Assembly: GCA_964016885.1 (NCBI GenBank)
Contig: OZ024741.1
Coordinates: forward strand, 319,176,001-319,240,000
Reading direction: 5' to 3'
Length of the DNA stretch: 64,000 nt
DNA from: Eledone cirrhosa
Lineage: Eukaryota
Part shown: one piece after another, positions 52,711 to 64,000 of the stretch
Numbering within the stretch: position 1 is the stretch's first letter
Layout of the letters: each line of letters starts with the position of its first letter
Made by a program: the position numbers and the translations under genes
The notes under the pieces: generated by a model
Database searches by the model: none
What the model saw: the letters and a program-made list of their open reading frames with translations, nothing else
Told to the model about the DNA's origin: nothing

Positions 52711-53155
52711 GGAAGACATGATATGAAGGTTACAAAACACTTGTGAATAGTGCAGTTTTAAATCAACATATGAGAAGTAGTTTTAGATTGATGTGTGATA
52801 TTGGGAAAAATATTTTATTTTGAGGGGGGTGGGGTGGGGTGGAAAGGATGAAAAAGAGGAGGAGATGAGAGTAAAAAGTGGAGAGGGAGGAGTATAATGA
52901 GGAAGGATGAGATAGGAGGAGAGATGGATGATAGAGAGAGATAGCTTTTATAACTGAGAAAGATATATTGTTTTACATAGAGAGGTTGAAAACCGTTGGA
53001 AGATAATGTATAAATTAAAAGAATTTGAAAATTAACGAAGAGAAAAATAATGTAAAGTTAAGGTTTGTATATTGAGGGGTTTAATAATATGTGCGATGAA
53101 AAGAAAATGTTAATATGTATTAAGAATAATATTTAAGGGTTTAATAACATGTGCA

Positions 53156-53638
53156 ATTCCTTCTATAGATAACACTAGGTCACTTGTTAATAATCTCTCT
53201 AATCGCAATTGTAATTGCCCTGTTAAAAATAAATGTCCTCTCAACAACCATTGTCTTGATAAAAACTTAATTTACGAATGTAAAGTTATAACTGACACCA
53301 ATTCCTTCACCTATTTTGGCTCCACTTCCACCTCTTTTAAAGCTCGTCTTTATAACCATCATTCGTCTTTTAAATACAAACTTAAAAGAACCAACACGGC
53401 TCTCTCAGAACTCATATGGTCCTTGAAAGACAAAAATATTAAATATAGCATCTTTTGGAAGAAGGTTTCTTCTGCGTCTTCATACTTGAACAGTTCTCTA
53501 TCCAAAATTTGCAATCTCTGTCTAAATGAAAAATTTACCATTATATCTAATTTAGATTCTATAATAAATAGACGCACTGACTTGTTTTCTATCTGCTTGC
53601 ATAAATTCCACAAAACATTCCACAAAGTATACAGCTAA
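53156..53638 (+). pseudogene. C-terminal GIY-YIG endonuclease fragment of the PLE
   Basis: Stop-free frame: CNCPVKNKCPLNNHCLDKNLIYECKV..YFGSTSTSFKARLYNHHSSF..TALSELIWSLK..CNLCLNEK..INRRTDLFSICLH. Confidence 0.9.
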
Positions 53639-54591
53639 TATCCAAATCTTTATCAATTTAGAATCTTTTTCTCAAAGGCACACATATATATATACACTTC
53701 TTTAAAAATATACCCATCTTTCTACCTTATTTCAAAGGTTATTATACATTCTATAATACTTGTTACTCATTCTATATCGCTCCTATTTATCACTTCCCTT
53801 TCTTCTCTTTTTCTTTTAATGTCTAACCCCTAATCTGTACCTTTTCTCACTGTTGCCTAACATAGAATCAATTATTACATAATACAATACATTCTTACTC
53901 TATATCACCTTGTAAAAATCCTTCGTAAACATAAACATCTTTTTGACGTTAGATTATTCATCCTCAATTCATTATTCTTTTCTCCCTTTCATCTAACTCA
54001 TTCACGCTCATCTCACAATATATCCTTACTTAAATTAACTGTTGTTCTTTTTAATAATACATATCAACATTTTCTTTCCATCGCACATATTATTAAACCC
54101 TTAAATATCATTCTTAATACATATTAACTTTCTCTTTCCATCGCACATGTTATTAAACCCTTAAATATTATTCTTAATACATATTAACATTTTCTTTTCA
54201 TCGCACATATTATTAAACCCCTCAATATACAAACCTTAACTTTACATTATTTTTCTCTTCGTTAATTTTCAAATTCTTTTAATTTATACATTATCTTCCA
54301 ACGGTTTTCAACCTCTCTATGTAAAACAATATATCTTTCTCAGTTATAAAAGCTATCTCTCTCTCTCTATCACCCATCTCTCCTCCTATCTCATCCTTCC
54401 TCATTATACTCCTCCCTCTCCACTTTTTACTCTCATCTCCTCCTCTTTTTCATCCTTTCCACCCCACCCCACCCCCCCTCAAAATAAAATATTTTTCCCA
54501 ATATCACACATCAATCTAAAACTACTTCTCATATGTTGATTTAAAACTGCACTATTCACAAGTGTTTTGTAACCTTCATATCATGTCTTCC

Positions 54592-54662
54592 TGTTTTATC
54601 TGATGAAAACACAAATATTATTGCATGATGATATTTGTTTTTGAAATGCGCATAATAAAATA
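54592..54662 (+). ncRNA. Minimal type-I hammerhead ribozyme
   Basis: TGTTTTAT-CTGATGA-stem II (ACAAATAT/ATATTTGT)-GAAA-TGCGCA-TA^ATAAAATA. Confidence 0.9.
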
Positions 54663-55062
54663 CATGGAACTCTTTTAACCATCTTTTGTTCTTATATATT
54701 ATACATACAGATATATATATATACATATACATACAGATATATATATACATATATATATATACATACAGATATATATATATACATATAGATATATATATAT
54801 ACATATATATATATACATACAGATATATATATATACATATATATATATACATATATATATATACATACATACAGATAGATATATACATATATATATACAT
54901 ACAGATAGATTTATACATATATATATACATACAGATAGATTTATACATATATATATATATACATACATATACATACACACACAAATACATACATACAAAT
55001 ATATATATACACACATACTCCAAGATAATAATAAATGGAAACTATATTTATAAAACCATATT

Positions 55063-55127
55063 TATTTTATTATATATATTTCAAGGGCAACCAAGCCAAT
55101 CTTGGTGCGCTTTCATCAGATAAAATA
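55063..55127 (-). ncRNA. Minimal type-I hammerhead ribozyme (left arm of hairpin)
   Basis: Reverse complement of 55175-55239 with 1 mismatch. Confidence 0.85.
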
Positions 55128-55174
55128 CAAAATTTGTTTCCATAGTTATGTCGTTATTTATAAAACAAATTTTG

Positions 55175-55239
55175 TATTTTATCTGATGAAAGCGCACCAA
55201 GATTGGCTTGGTCGCCCTTGAAATATATATAATAAAATA
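55175..55239 (+). ncRNA. Minimal type-I hammerhead ribozyme (right arm of hairpin)
   Basis: TATTTTAT-CTGATGA-stem II (ACCAAG/CTTGGT)-GAAA-TATATA-TA^ATAAAATA. Confidence 0.88.
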
Positions 55240-55450
55240 AATATGGTTTTATAAATATAGTTTCCATTTATTATTATCTAGGAATATTTACTCCAGTAAT
55301 CTGTTGAGTGCTCTATATCAGTTATAAACATTTATTTGTGTCAAAATTCCAACAAATTAAATACAACTCCTACATATATATACATACATATATATATATA
55401 TACATATACATACACACACAAATACATACATACAAATATATATATATACA

Positions 55451-55486
<36 letters not shown>

Positions 55487-55587
55487 TACATATATATATA
55501 TATATACATACACAAATATATACATACAGATAGATATATAAATATACATATATATATATACATACACAAATAAATACACACAGATAT

Positions 55588-57285
55588 ATCATCATCATCA
55601 ACGTTTAACGTCCGTGTTCCACGCTTGCATGGGTTTGGATGGGGGTATTCCCACTTGAGGCAAGAGTGATTGTCTTGCTCGCATAGGACTGTCTGGCAGG
55701 TTTTCTACAGTTGGATGCCCTTCCTAACACCAACCACATTTACAGTGTGGGACTGGGAGGTTTTTACCGTGTTGCCTACATGGCCACATTACAGCGTGGA
55801 CTGTGTGTTTTTTTGTCGTGACACCTACACGATCTCATTTGTTTCGGCCTGGATGTTGTGGCACCAACATAACTTTACATAGGAGGGGGTGGTGTGGATG
55901 GGGTGTGGGTGGTGGGAAGTGGGTGTATTTTGTTAGAGATGCCTACTGGCTGTAGTAGGTTTTACTATGTATTTAGGTAAGGCGGGTCTTCTCTATTACT
56001 GAGTACCGCCAAAGGTCTCGGTCCAGTGACATTGTCTTGGTGAGGTGTAAGTGTGTGAGGTCGGAGTTTATCAGCTCATCCCAGGTTTTTCTGGGTCTGC
56101 CTATTCCGTGGCTACCGTCTATCTTTATTGCCCTGCACTTTGTTATACAGCTATCGTCCTTCATGCACATTACGTGACCATACCAACGTAGCCTTCTCTC
56201 GAGTAGACAACATCTGATCCTTCTTATTTCTAATTTTTTCCTTAGTTCGTTTATGCTTTGTCGTTCACGTATATTACTATTACACATCCAGCGGAGCATG
56301 CAAGCTTCGTTTCTCTCTAGTCTGCGTATATCTTCTGCACACAATGCCCAGGTCTCACTGCCATGCAACATTGCTGTTCGTATGCAGGCATCGTACAACC
56401 TGCCTTTCATTTTTAGGGAGAACCCTTTAGCGGCTAATAGTGGTATAAGCTCTCTGAACTTTTTCCACCAGTTCTGACTCTAGCTACTGTACTTTCAGAG
56501 CACCCTCCCCCACTGCTGATTTTGTCACCCAGGTAACGGAAGCTGTCCACTATTTCTATAGAACCCTCTGCGCAGCTGAAAGAGCTAGTATTTTGTGGGC
56601 ACTTGCTGCTACTTATTGCGCCGGAACACCGGCCACATGTAAAATCTATGTTCTTAGTTAGCTTACCTGTGATACCACTACATCTTTTATGCACCCAAAC
56701 TTTGCATTTGGGACACAAAATGGAGTTTCTACCTACGCCTTTCCTACACTCTGCGCATGGCCACTTCCCGGAGGGGACCGCCGCCTTATTTTCTTTCCTA
56801 CACACTAGAACTTTAGTCTTAGCTAGGTTAATTTTAAGGCCTTTTGATTCTAGGCCGTGCTTCCATGTTTGGAATTTCTTCTCTAGCTCGGCCACTGATT
56901 CAGCTATGAGCGTTAGATCATCTGCGTATAGGAGTTCCCATGGGCAGCCGGTCTTGAACTCCACTGTTATAGCCTGGAGGGTAATAATAAATAGTAGGGG
57001 GTTAAGAACAGATCCCTGATGAACACCAACTTTTACACTAAACTCTTCACTATATTCGTTGTTAATTCTAACCTTGCTGACTGTTTCTTTATACATGGCT
57101 TGTATAGCTCTCACAAGCCATTCATCAACACCTAGTTTTCTAAGAGCCCACCAGATAATGGAACGGGGGACTCTGTCGAAGGCCTTTTCCAAGTCGACGA
57201 AAGCTAAGTATAGGGGTTTACTTTTAGCTAGGTACTTCTCCTGTAGTTGTCGTACAATGAAAAGAGCGTCTGTGGTACTTTTTCA
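55588..57285 (-). mobile_element. 5'-truncated young RTE family A LINE
   Basis: Near-identical to 47390-49050; 1-nt deletion near 56468. Confidence 0.95.
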
Positions 57286-58148
57286 TATATATATATATAT
57301 ATATATATACATACATATAATACACAAATATATACATACAGATATATACATATATACACATACATATAACACATATATATATACATACATATATATACAT
57401 ATATACACATACATATAACACATATATATATACATACATATATATATACATACATATATACACATACATATAACACATATATATACATATGTACATACAT
57501 ATATACACATACATATAACACATATATATACATATGTACATACATATATACACATACATATAACACATATATATACATATGTACATACATACATATATAC
57601 ACATATATATACATATGTACATTCATACATACATATGTACATACATACATACATATGTACATACATACGTATGTACATACATACATATGTACATACATAC
57701 ATATATACACATACATACATATAACACATATATACATATATACACATACATATAACACATATATATACATATGTACATACATACATATATACACATACAT
57801 ACATATAACACATATATATACATATGTACATACATACATATATACACATACATACATATAACACATATATATACATATGTACATACATACATATATACAC
57901 ATACATACATATAACACATATATATACATATGTACATACATACATATATACACATACATACATATAACACATATATACATATATACACATACATATAACA
58001 CATATATATACATATGTACATACATACATATATACACATACATACATATAACACATATATATACATATGTACATACATACATATATACACATACATATAA
58101 CGCATATACATATGTACATACATACATATATACACATACATATAACAC

Positions 58149-58195
<47 letters not shown>
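57286..58195. repeat. Compound (TA/CA/TACA) microsatellite with higher-order units
   Basis: Repeated ACATATAACACATATATATACATATGTACATAC blocks. Confidence 0.95.
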
Positions 58196-58204
58196 ATTTT
58201 TTTT

Positions 58205-61200
58205 TTAATGACCATGCTATAAAATGGAGGGGTAGAGAGGGCCCTTGAGTCTAGTAAGACATCCTGTCTAGTGCTGGTGGCACAAATAAAAGCACCCAGT
58301 CCATGCTGTAAAGTGGCGCTGGTGTTAGGAAGGGCATCCAACCAGTGTATCAATGCCAAAACGCTTATCAGCACAGCAACAAATAGGAACAACAACAAAA
58401 TATGAAGACGTCGCATCTCAGAGTTGCAACACTTAATGTTGGCCCTCTCAGAGGTAGATCTGCTGAAATAGCGGAGATGCTGGAGAGAAGGCAGGTGGAT
58501 GTGTGCTGCGTGCAAGAGGTAAGGTGGAGAGGTGCCTCTGCGAGACTAGTCGTAGTCATATGTCTTAGCTATAAGCTATTCTGGGTAGGTAAGGATGATG
58601 GGTTAGGGGGAGTAGGCATTTTCCTGGCTGAGAAATGGATCAATAAGACAATAGAGGTAGTTCGAGTTAGTAATCGAATAATTAAGCTTAGATTAGTTGT
58701 AGGTAGGAGACTACTGACAATCATCTCTGCCTATGCTCCCCAAACAGGCCTAGGCAAAGATGAGAAAGACTGCTTTTATGAGCAACTTTTGCAAACAACC
58801 GCAATGACAGAGAACGGAGACATCGTTATGCTAGCAGGAGACTTCAATGGTCATGTTGGACAACTCCAGGATGGTGACACTGGGGTACATGGTGGGCACG
58901 GTTACGGTTCAAGAAATGAAGGAGTGAGACTTCTTGAATTTTGTGATGCAGGTACATTGACTATTTGCAACACAAACTTCCAGAAACCTGCGAATCACCT
59001 AATAACTTACAAATCTGGTGAGCGCATAAGCCAGATTGACTTCTTACTAGTTAGGCAGAGGGACAGGCAGATAGTGTCTAATACCAAGGCATACCCTGCG
59101 GAAGAATGTACCCACAGCATAGGTTAGTTGTTAGTGATATCTCAGTAAGCAAGAGATGGAATGAGACATATAGGAAGGTGTGGAGAAGAAAGGTCTGGAA
59201 GCTAAAAGACCTTTCACTAAAATACAAATTTAGGAAAGCCCTTCAAGATGTATATGACGAAAAAGAAGACGATTTAGAGACGTATGACATAGATAATAAC
59301 TGGAATTTCTTACATGACAACTTGCTGCAGGCTACTGATGAAACTTGTGGCTGGAGCAGAGCTCCAACCAGACAGAGAGTGACCTGGTGGTGGAACAGCA
59401 CAGTAGATAAGGCTATTAGAGACAAAAGACTAGCATGGAAGGCTTGGAAAAAGGGTGGGAGTAGGGAAGAATATACAGCCACTAAGAGAGAAGCTAGACG
59501 TCAGGTGTACTTAGCACGCAGGGAGGCAGAGAGTAGGAGGTTTGCCAATGTTCTGCGATGGGAAGATCAGAGGTGTGCGGTGTTCCACATTGCAAGGCAG
59601 TGTGTCAATGCAAATCAGGATGTTGTTGGAGATAAATGTGTCCGGGATGATGCCGGTGTACTTAGTGTCACGAATGATCAGAAAAAGGAGGGCTGGAAAT
59701 GTCATTACGAGAGACTGATGAATGTGGAGAACAAATGGGAGAGAGAGAAATTACCCTTGGTAGATCCGACAGAGGGACCAGCTATTGAGATTGACGAATA
59801 TAGGGTCCAAGAGGCGATTAAGGAAATGAAAAATGGTAAGGCTGCCGGACCATTGGGAATAGTTGCTGAGATGCTGAAGGCATCAGGGGACGTAGGCACT
59901 AAACTGGTTGCACGCATCATCAATCAGGCTATATTTGGTGGTGTCATTCCCAAAGACTGGTGCAGCAGTATTCTCATAAATTGCTACAAAGGTAAAGGGG
60001 ATGCTTTGGAGAGGAGCAATTATAGGGGTATAAAACTGATAGATCAGGTTATGAAAGTGGCAGAAAGGATTTTAGCACAACTAATTAGAGAAAGGGTCAA
60101 ACTAGATGAGATGCAGTTTGGTTTTGTGCCTGGGAAGAGTACAACAGATGCCCTCTTCTTGGTGAGACAATTGCAAGAGAGGTTCTTAGAGAAGAATAAG
60201 CCACTATACTTAGCCTTTGTTGACCTAGAGAAGGCCTTTGATAGGGTACCCTGATCTGAGGAATGGCTTGTGAGGACAGTGCAAACTTTGTACAGAGGTA
60301 CTCTCAGTAAAGTCAGGGTAGGAATGGAGTTTAGTGAGGAATTCCAGATACAAGTTGGAGTACATCAGGGTTCGGTCCTCAGCCCGCTCTTGTTCATTAT
60401 AGTCCTCCAAGCCATAACAGAGGAGTTTAAGACTGGCTGTCCATGGGAACTTCTCTATGCTGAAGATTTGGTTCTTATAGCAGAATCAGTAGAGGAGCTG
60501 GAGAATAAATTCTGGCTATGGAAACAGCAGTTGGAAGCAAGAGGACTGAGAGTGAATCTAGCTAAGACAAAAGTGTTGCTGAGTAGAAAAGAGGACAAAA
60601 CCCTGATTCCGTCAGGGAAATGGCCATGTTTGATATGCAGAAAAGGAACTGGCATAAATTCTATAAAATGCACACAATGCAGGTCCTGGGTACACAAGAG
60701 ATGTAGCGGGATAGCAGGCAAACTAACAGGTAGGGAGAAATATGTATGCAGTAGATGTACAGGGAAATTAGACAGTAGAAGTCGCATTGCGCATTGATAG
60801 ACACATTTTTCAAATGCAGGAGGGTGCTATAGAAGTGGTGGAGAGCTTCCGGTACCTAGGAGATCAGATTAGCATGGGAGGAGGGTGTTCCGAGGCCATA
60901 GTATCTAGAATAAGGACGGGTTGGAAGAAGTTTAGGGAGCTGCTTCCTCTGTTGACGAAGAAGGGTTTCTCCCTGCGTACGAAAGGCCGGTTGTATGATG
61001 CCTGTGTGAGGAGCGCGATGCTGCATGGTAGTGAGACATGGGCAGCAACTGCAGAGGATATGTGACGGCTGGAGAGAAATGAGGCAAGCATGCTCCGTTG
61101 GATGTGCAGTGTAAATGTGCGTGAACGACCCAGCATATATCTGTTGAGAGAGAAACTGTGTCTGCGAGGGATAGAATGTAGTGTACGGGAGAGGAGACTG

Positions 61201-61455
61201 AGGTGGTATGGACATGTGATGCGCATGGAGGATGACCAATGGGTGAAGAAGTGCCAGGAATTGCCAGTTGAAGGAAGACATGGTAGAGGTAGACCACGAA
61301 AAACATGGGCGGAGGTGGTGAGAACAGACCTCAGATCATTGAAGCTCACGGTGGAGATGACGAGGGAACGTGACAAGTGGAGAGATGCTGTGCTGAATAA
61401 GACCCGTCCCACCCTTGCAAGCAGGGAAAAGCGGACGTAAAATGATGATGATGAT
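58205..61455 (+). mobile_element. Full-length, frameshifted RTE family B LINE (APE-RT with PHD finger)
   Basis: Collinear ORF pieces 58402, 59106, 60270, 60787 and 61090; ORF ends in the tail ([11 protein letters not shown]) followed by (GAT)n. Confidence 0.95.
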
Positions 61456-61459
61456 ATAT

Positions 61460-61900
61460 GGAGGCACATGGCTTAGTGGTTAGAGCATTGGCCTTGCAAT
61501 CGAAAGTTTGTGAGTTCAATTCTCAGACCGGGTGATGTGTTGTTTCCTTGAGCAAGACACTTTATTTCACATTGCTCCAGTTTACTCAGCTGTAGAAATG
61601 AGATGATAGGGACTGGGGTCCATATCACTCCATTGCAAAGTGGTTGTGGAGGTGCCACGGCAAAAAAGCACCCAGCACTCACTCATTTACAGTGAGTGCT
61701 GGGTGCTTTTTTGCCGTGGCACCTCCACGACCACTTTGCAATGGAATGATATGGACCCCTATCATCTCATTTCTACAGCTGAGTAAACTGGAGCAATGTG
61801 AAATAAAGTGTCTTGCTCAAGGAAACAACACATCACCCGGTCTGAGAATTGAACTCACAACCTTTCGATTGCAAGGCCAATGCTCTAACCACTAAGCCAT
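61460..61900. mobile_element. Two SINE family B 5' halves in tail-to-tail inverted fusion
   Basis: 61468-61683 is the reverse complement of 61691-61900. Confidence 0.9.
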
Positions 61901-62254
61901 ACATATATATATACATATATACACATACATATAAATACATACATATATACACCTACATATATATACATACATATATATATATACATATATATACATACAT
62001 ATATACATACACACACATATGTACACACACACATATATACACACACATATATATATTCATATGCACATACACATATGTAGTTGTCATGACAAATAGCACC
62101 CAGTACTAACTGTAAATGTAGTTGGCATTAGGAAGTGCCTCCAGCTGTAGAAATCAGTCTATGAGTAAGACATGGTCACCAAATCTGGCATTTCTCACAA
62201 CATAACCCATGCTAGCATGGAAAAATGGACTTTAAATGGCGATGATGATGATAC

Positions 62255-62948
62255 ATCATCATCATCACCGTTTTACGTCCATTCTTCCACGCTAGCATGG
62301 GTTAGACGGGTTGTCCTGTTGTGGGAAGTGTCCGGTCGGCTGACCTTGTCTTGCTCATACAAGAGCTGATTCTGGCTTGATTTCTACAGCTGGATGCCCT
62401 TTCTAACACCAACCTCATTTACAGTGAGTGCTGGGTGCTTTTTTCCTGTGACACCTACATGTCCACTTTACAGTGTGGGCTGGGTGCTTTTTTGAGGTGG
62501 CACCTCCACGACCACTTTGCAATGGGAGGGTGTGGCGGCATATTGTTTATATGCTTCAGCTTCGGCTTGTACCCATGGAGGGGCTCGGGTCTTCTTTATT
62601 ACTGTGTGATGCCAGAGGTCACAGTCGTGTGTCATCGCCTTTGAGAGGTGTAATTGGGTAAGGTCGGCTTTTATCACCTTATCCCAGGTCTTCTTGGGTC
62701 TCCCCACTCCGCAGTTTCCATCGACTTCTAGTGCTCTGCACCTTTTTATGCAGCTATCATCCTTCATACGCATCACATGTCCATACAAACGCAGTCGCCT
62801 CTCCTGCACACAGCATTTGATTCCTCTTATGCTCAGTTGCTCTCTCTCAATTCATTTATACTTTGCCGTTTGCATATATTACTATTACACATCTATTGGA
62901 GCATGCAGGCTTCGTTTCTTTCTAATCTACGCAAGTCTTCCACAGACA
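62255..62948 (-). mobile_element. RTE family A-like 3' fragment with SINE-B-like 3' UTR
   Basis: QERRLRLYGHVMRM..GRPKKTW; 3' UTR shares AAAGCACCCAGCACTCACTGTAAATGAGGTTGGTGTTAG with SINE B. Confidence 0.85.
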
Positions 62949-64000
62949 GATACATATATATACATATATATACAACAATATTACAGATAAGTGTTTCCAC
63001 CTAAGTTTGTTTCCTTATAACTTCCTTACTAACATATATATTTTGTGAGTGTAGATTATGATGGCATTTATCAAATGTTTTTAAATTGTCATTTCATGGA
63101 AATTGCCAAAACTTGTTGGAGGTCTTAAAACGTAGGATTACCTCTTTCTCCCCCTCTCTATCTCTATATATAGAGAGATATATACTTTACTCTGTAAAGA
63201 AATTGTGTTAGGGCCACAATAAATCACATCCAATATACCCTGTAAAGTAGTAGTACTTGTGCCATGATATAGTACATCCAGCCAAAGTGGTAGTGTTCAT
63301 ACCGCAATAAAATCCTCCAGTCCACCCTGTAATGTGGTAGTGACAGTGTCTTTATAAAATGCATCAAGTGCACTCTGTAACATGGTTGGCATTTAGACAG
63401 GTATGCATCCAGCCATAGAAACCATATCTGAAACAGAGCATATGGGCAAGATATGGTTACCTGACAAGTCTAGCCTTAGTACGTGACAGTCTGTCTAATC
63501 CATGCATGGAAAATAGACATTAAACAGTGATAATAGTGATGCTGATGATATATATATATATACGTGTGTAGGTGTATGTACGTGTGTGAGTCAATTATGT
63601 GTATCACTGACAATGTTAACTAGTTTTAATTTCTACAATACAGAAAGAAATAGATTACCAAGTCACGGCATCTCTGTTCATTGCTCTGTGTCTCTTCCTT
63701 CCTTCCTATCTTTCTCTCTCTCCCACTCTCTACCTCTCTCTCTCTCTCCCTCACTCTCTGTTTCCCTTCCTTTGCTGGAGATATTTACATGCTTATTATT
63801 TCATTCATGTCTGGTTACATGTGACAGGAAGTATAATAGATTCACTGGAGTGGAGCCGTGTGGCATTCTTCTGTATGGTTTGTCTCTTTAGGTTTCTCAG
63901 TTCAAATTCAACATGAGGTCAACAGCGTTGACTCTCATCCTGTTGTTGTTGTTTTACTAATATATATAATTGCACCAATTATTTCCAAAGGATTAACAAT

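Larger units (their letters stand above)
52509..54702 (+). mobile_element. 5'-truncated Penelope-like element (GIY-YIG endonuclease, Naiad-like) with inverted pseudo-LTR
   Basis: Inverted arms 52600-53154 and 54143-54702; endonuclease ORF; hammerhead in each arm; embedded in (TA/CA)n. Confidence 0.9.

Noticed and set aside
53156-53638. Selenoprotein-coding PLE
   Set aside because: No in-frame TGA in the retained fragment; all Cys are TGT/TGC
57224-58515. Long Y/I/C/M/V-rich ORFs (also at 29.4, 47.1, 51.5, 52.2 and 54.6 kb)
   Set aside because: Translations of stop-free TA/CA microsatellites
61063-61065. Shared TGA in RTE-B copies (also near 11755)
   Set aside because: A third copy has CAA, consistent with CpG decay of an ancestral CGA codon

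Overview
Repeat-saturated animal genomic DNA, probably from a coleoid cephalopod such as Octopus (inferred from the SINE/RTE/microsatellite landscape, not proven). A spliced host gene lies on the minus strand: ten phase-consistent GT-AG exons between 24487 and 411 encode a divergent laminin-alpha-like coiled-coil region, and the gene extends beyond these exons at both ends. The rest is intronic or intergenic. It contains CR1-like LINEs (ORF1 with PHD finger and polyQ) and two RTE LINE families whose RT carries an inserted PHD finger, one copy being full length with a single UGA stop. It also contains tRNA-derived SINEs, TTAA MITEs, mariner and maT remnants, minisatellites and microsatellites. 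The most striking feature missed by the ORF track is a Penelope-like (GIY-YIG, Naiad-type) element with about 555-bp inverted arms, together with a cluster of minimal type-I hammerhead ribozymes (52.6, 54.6, 55.1 and 55.2 kb, with degenerate ones at 36.9, 42.1 and 42.7 kb). Most of these sit in fold-back hairpins embedded in microsatellites. Most short ORFs in the track are microsatellite or antisense artefacts.
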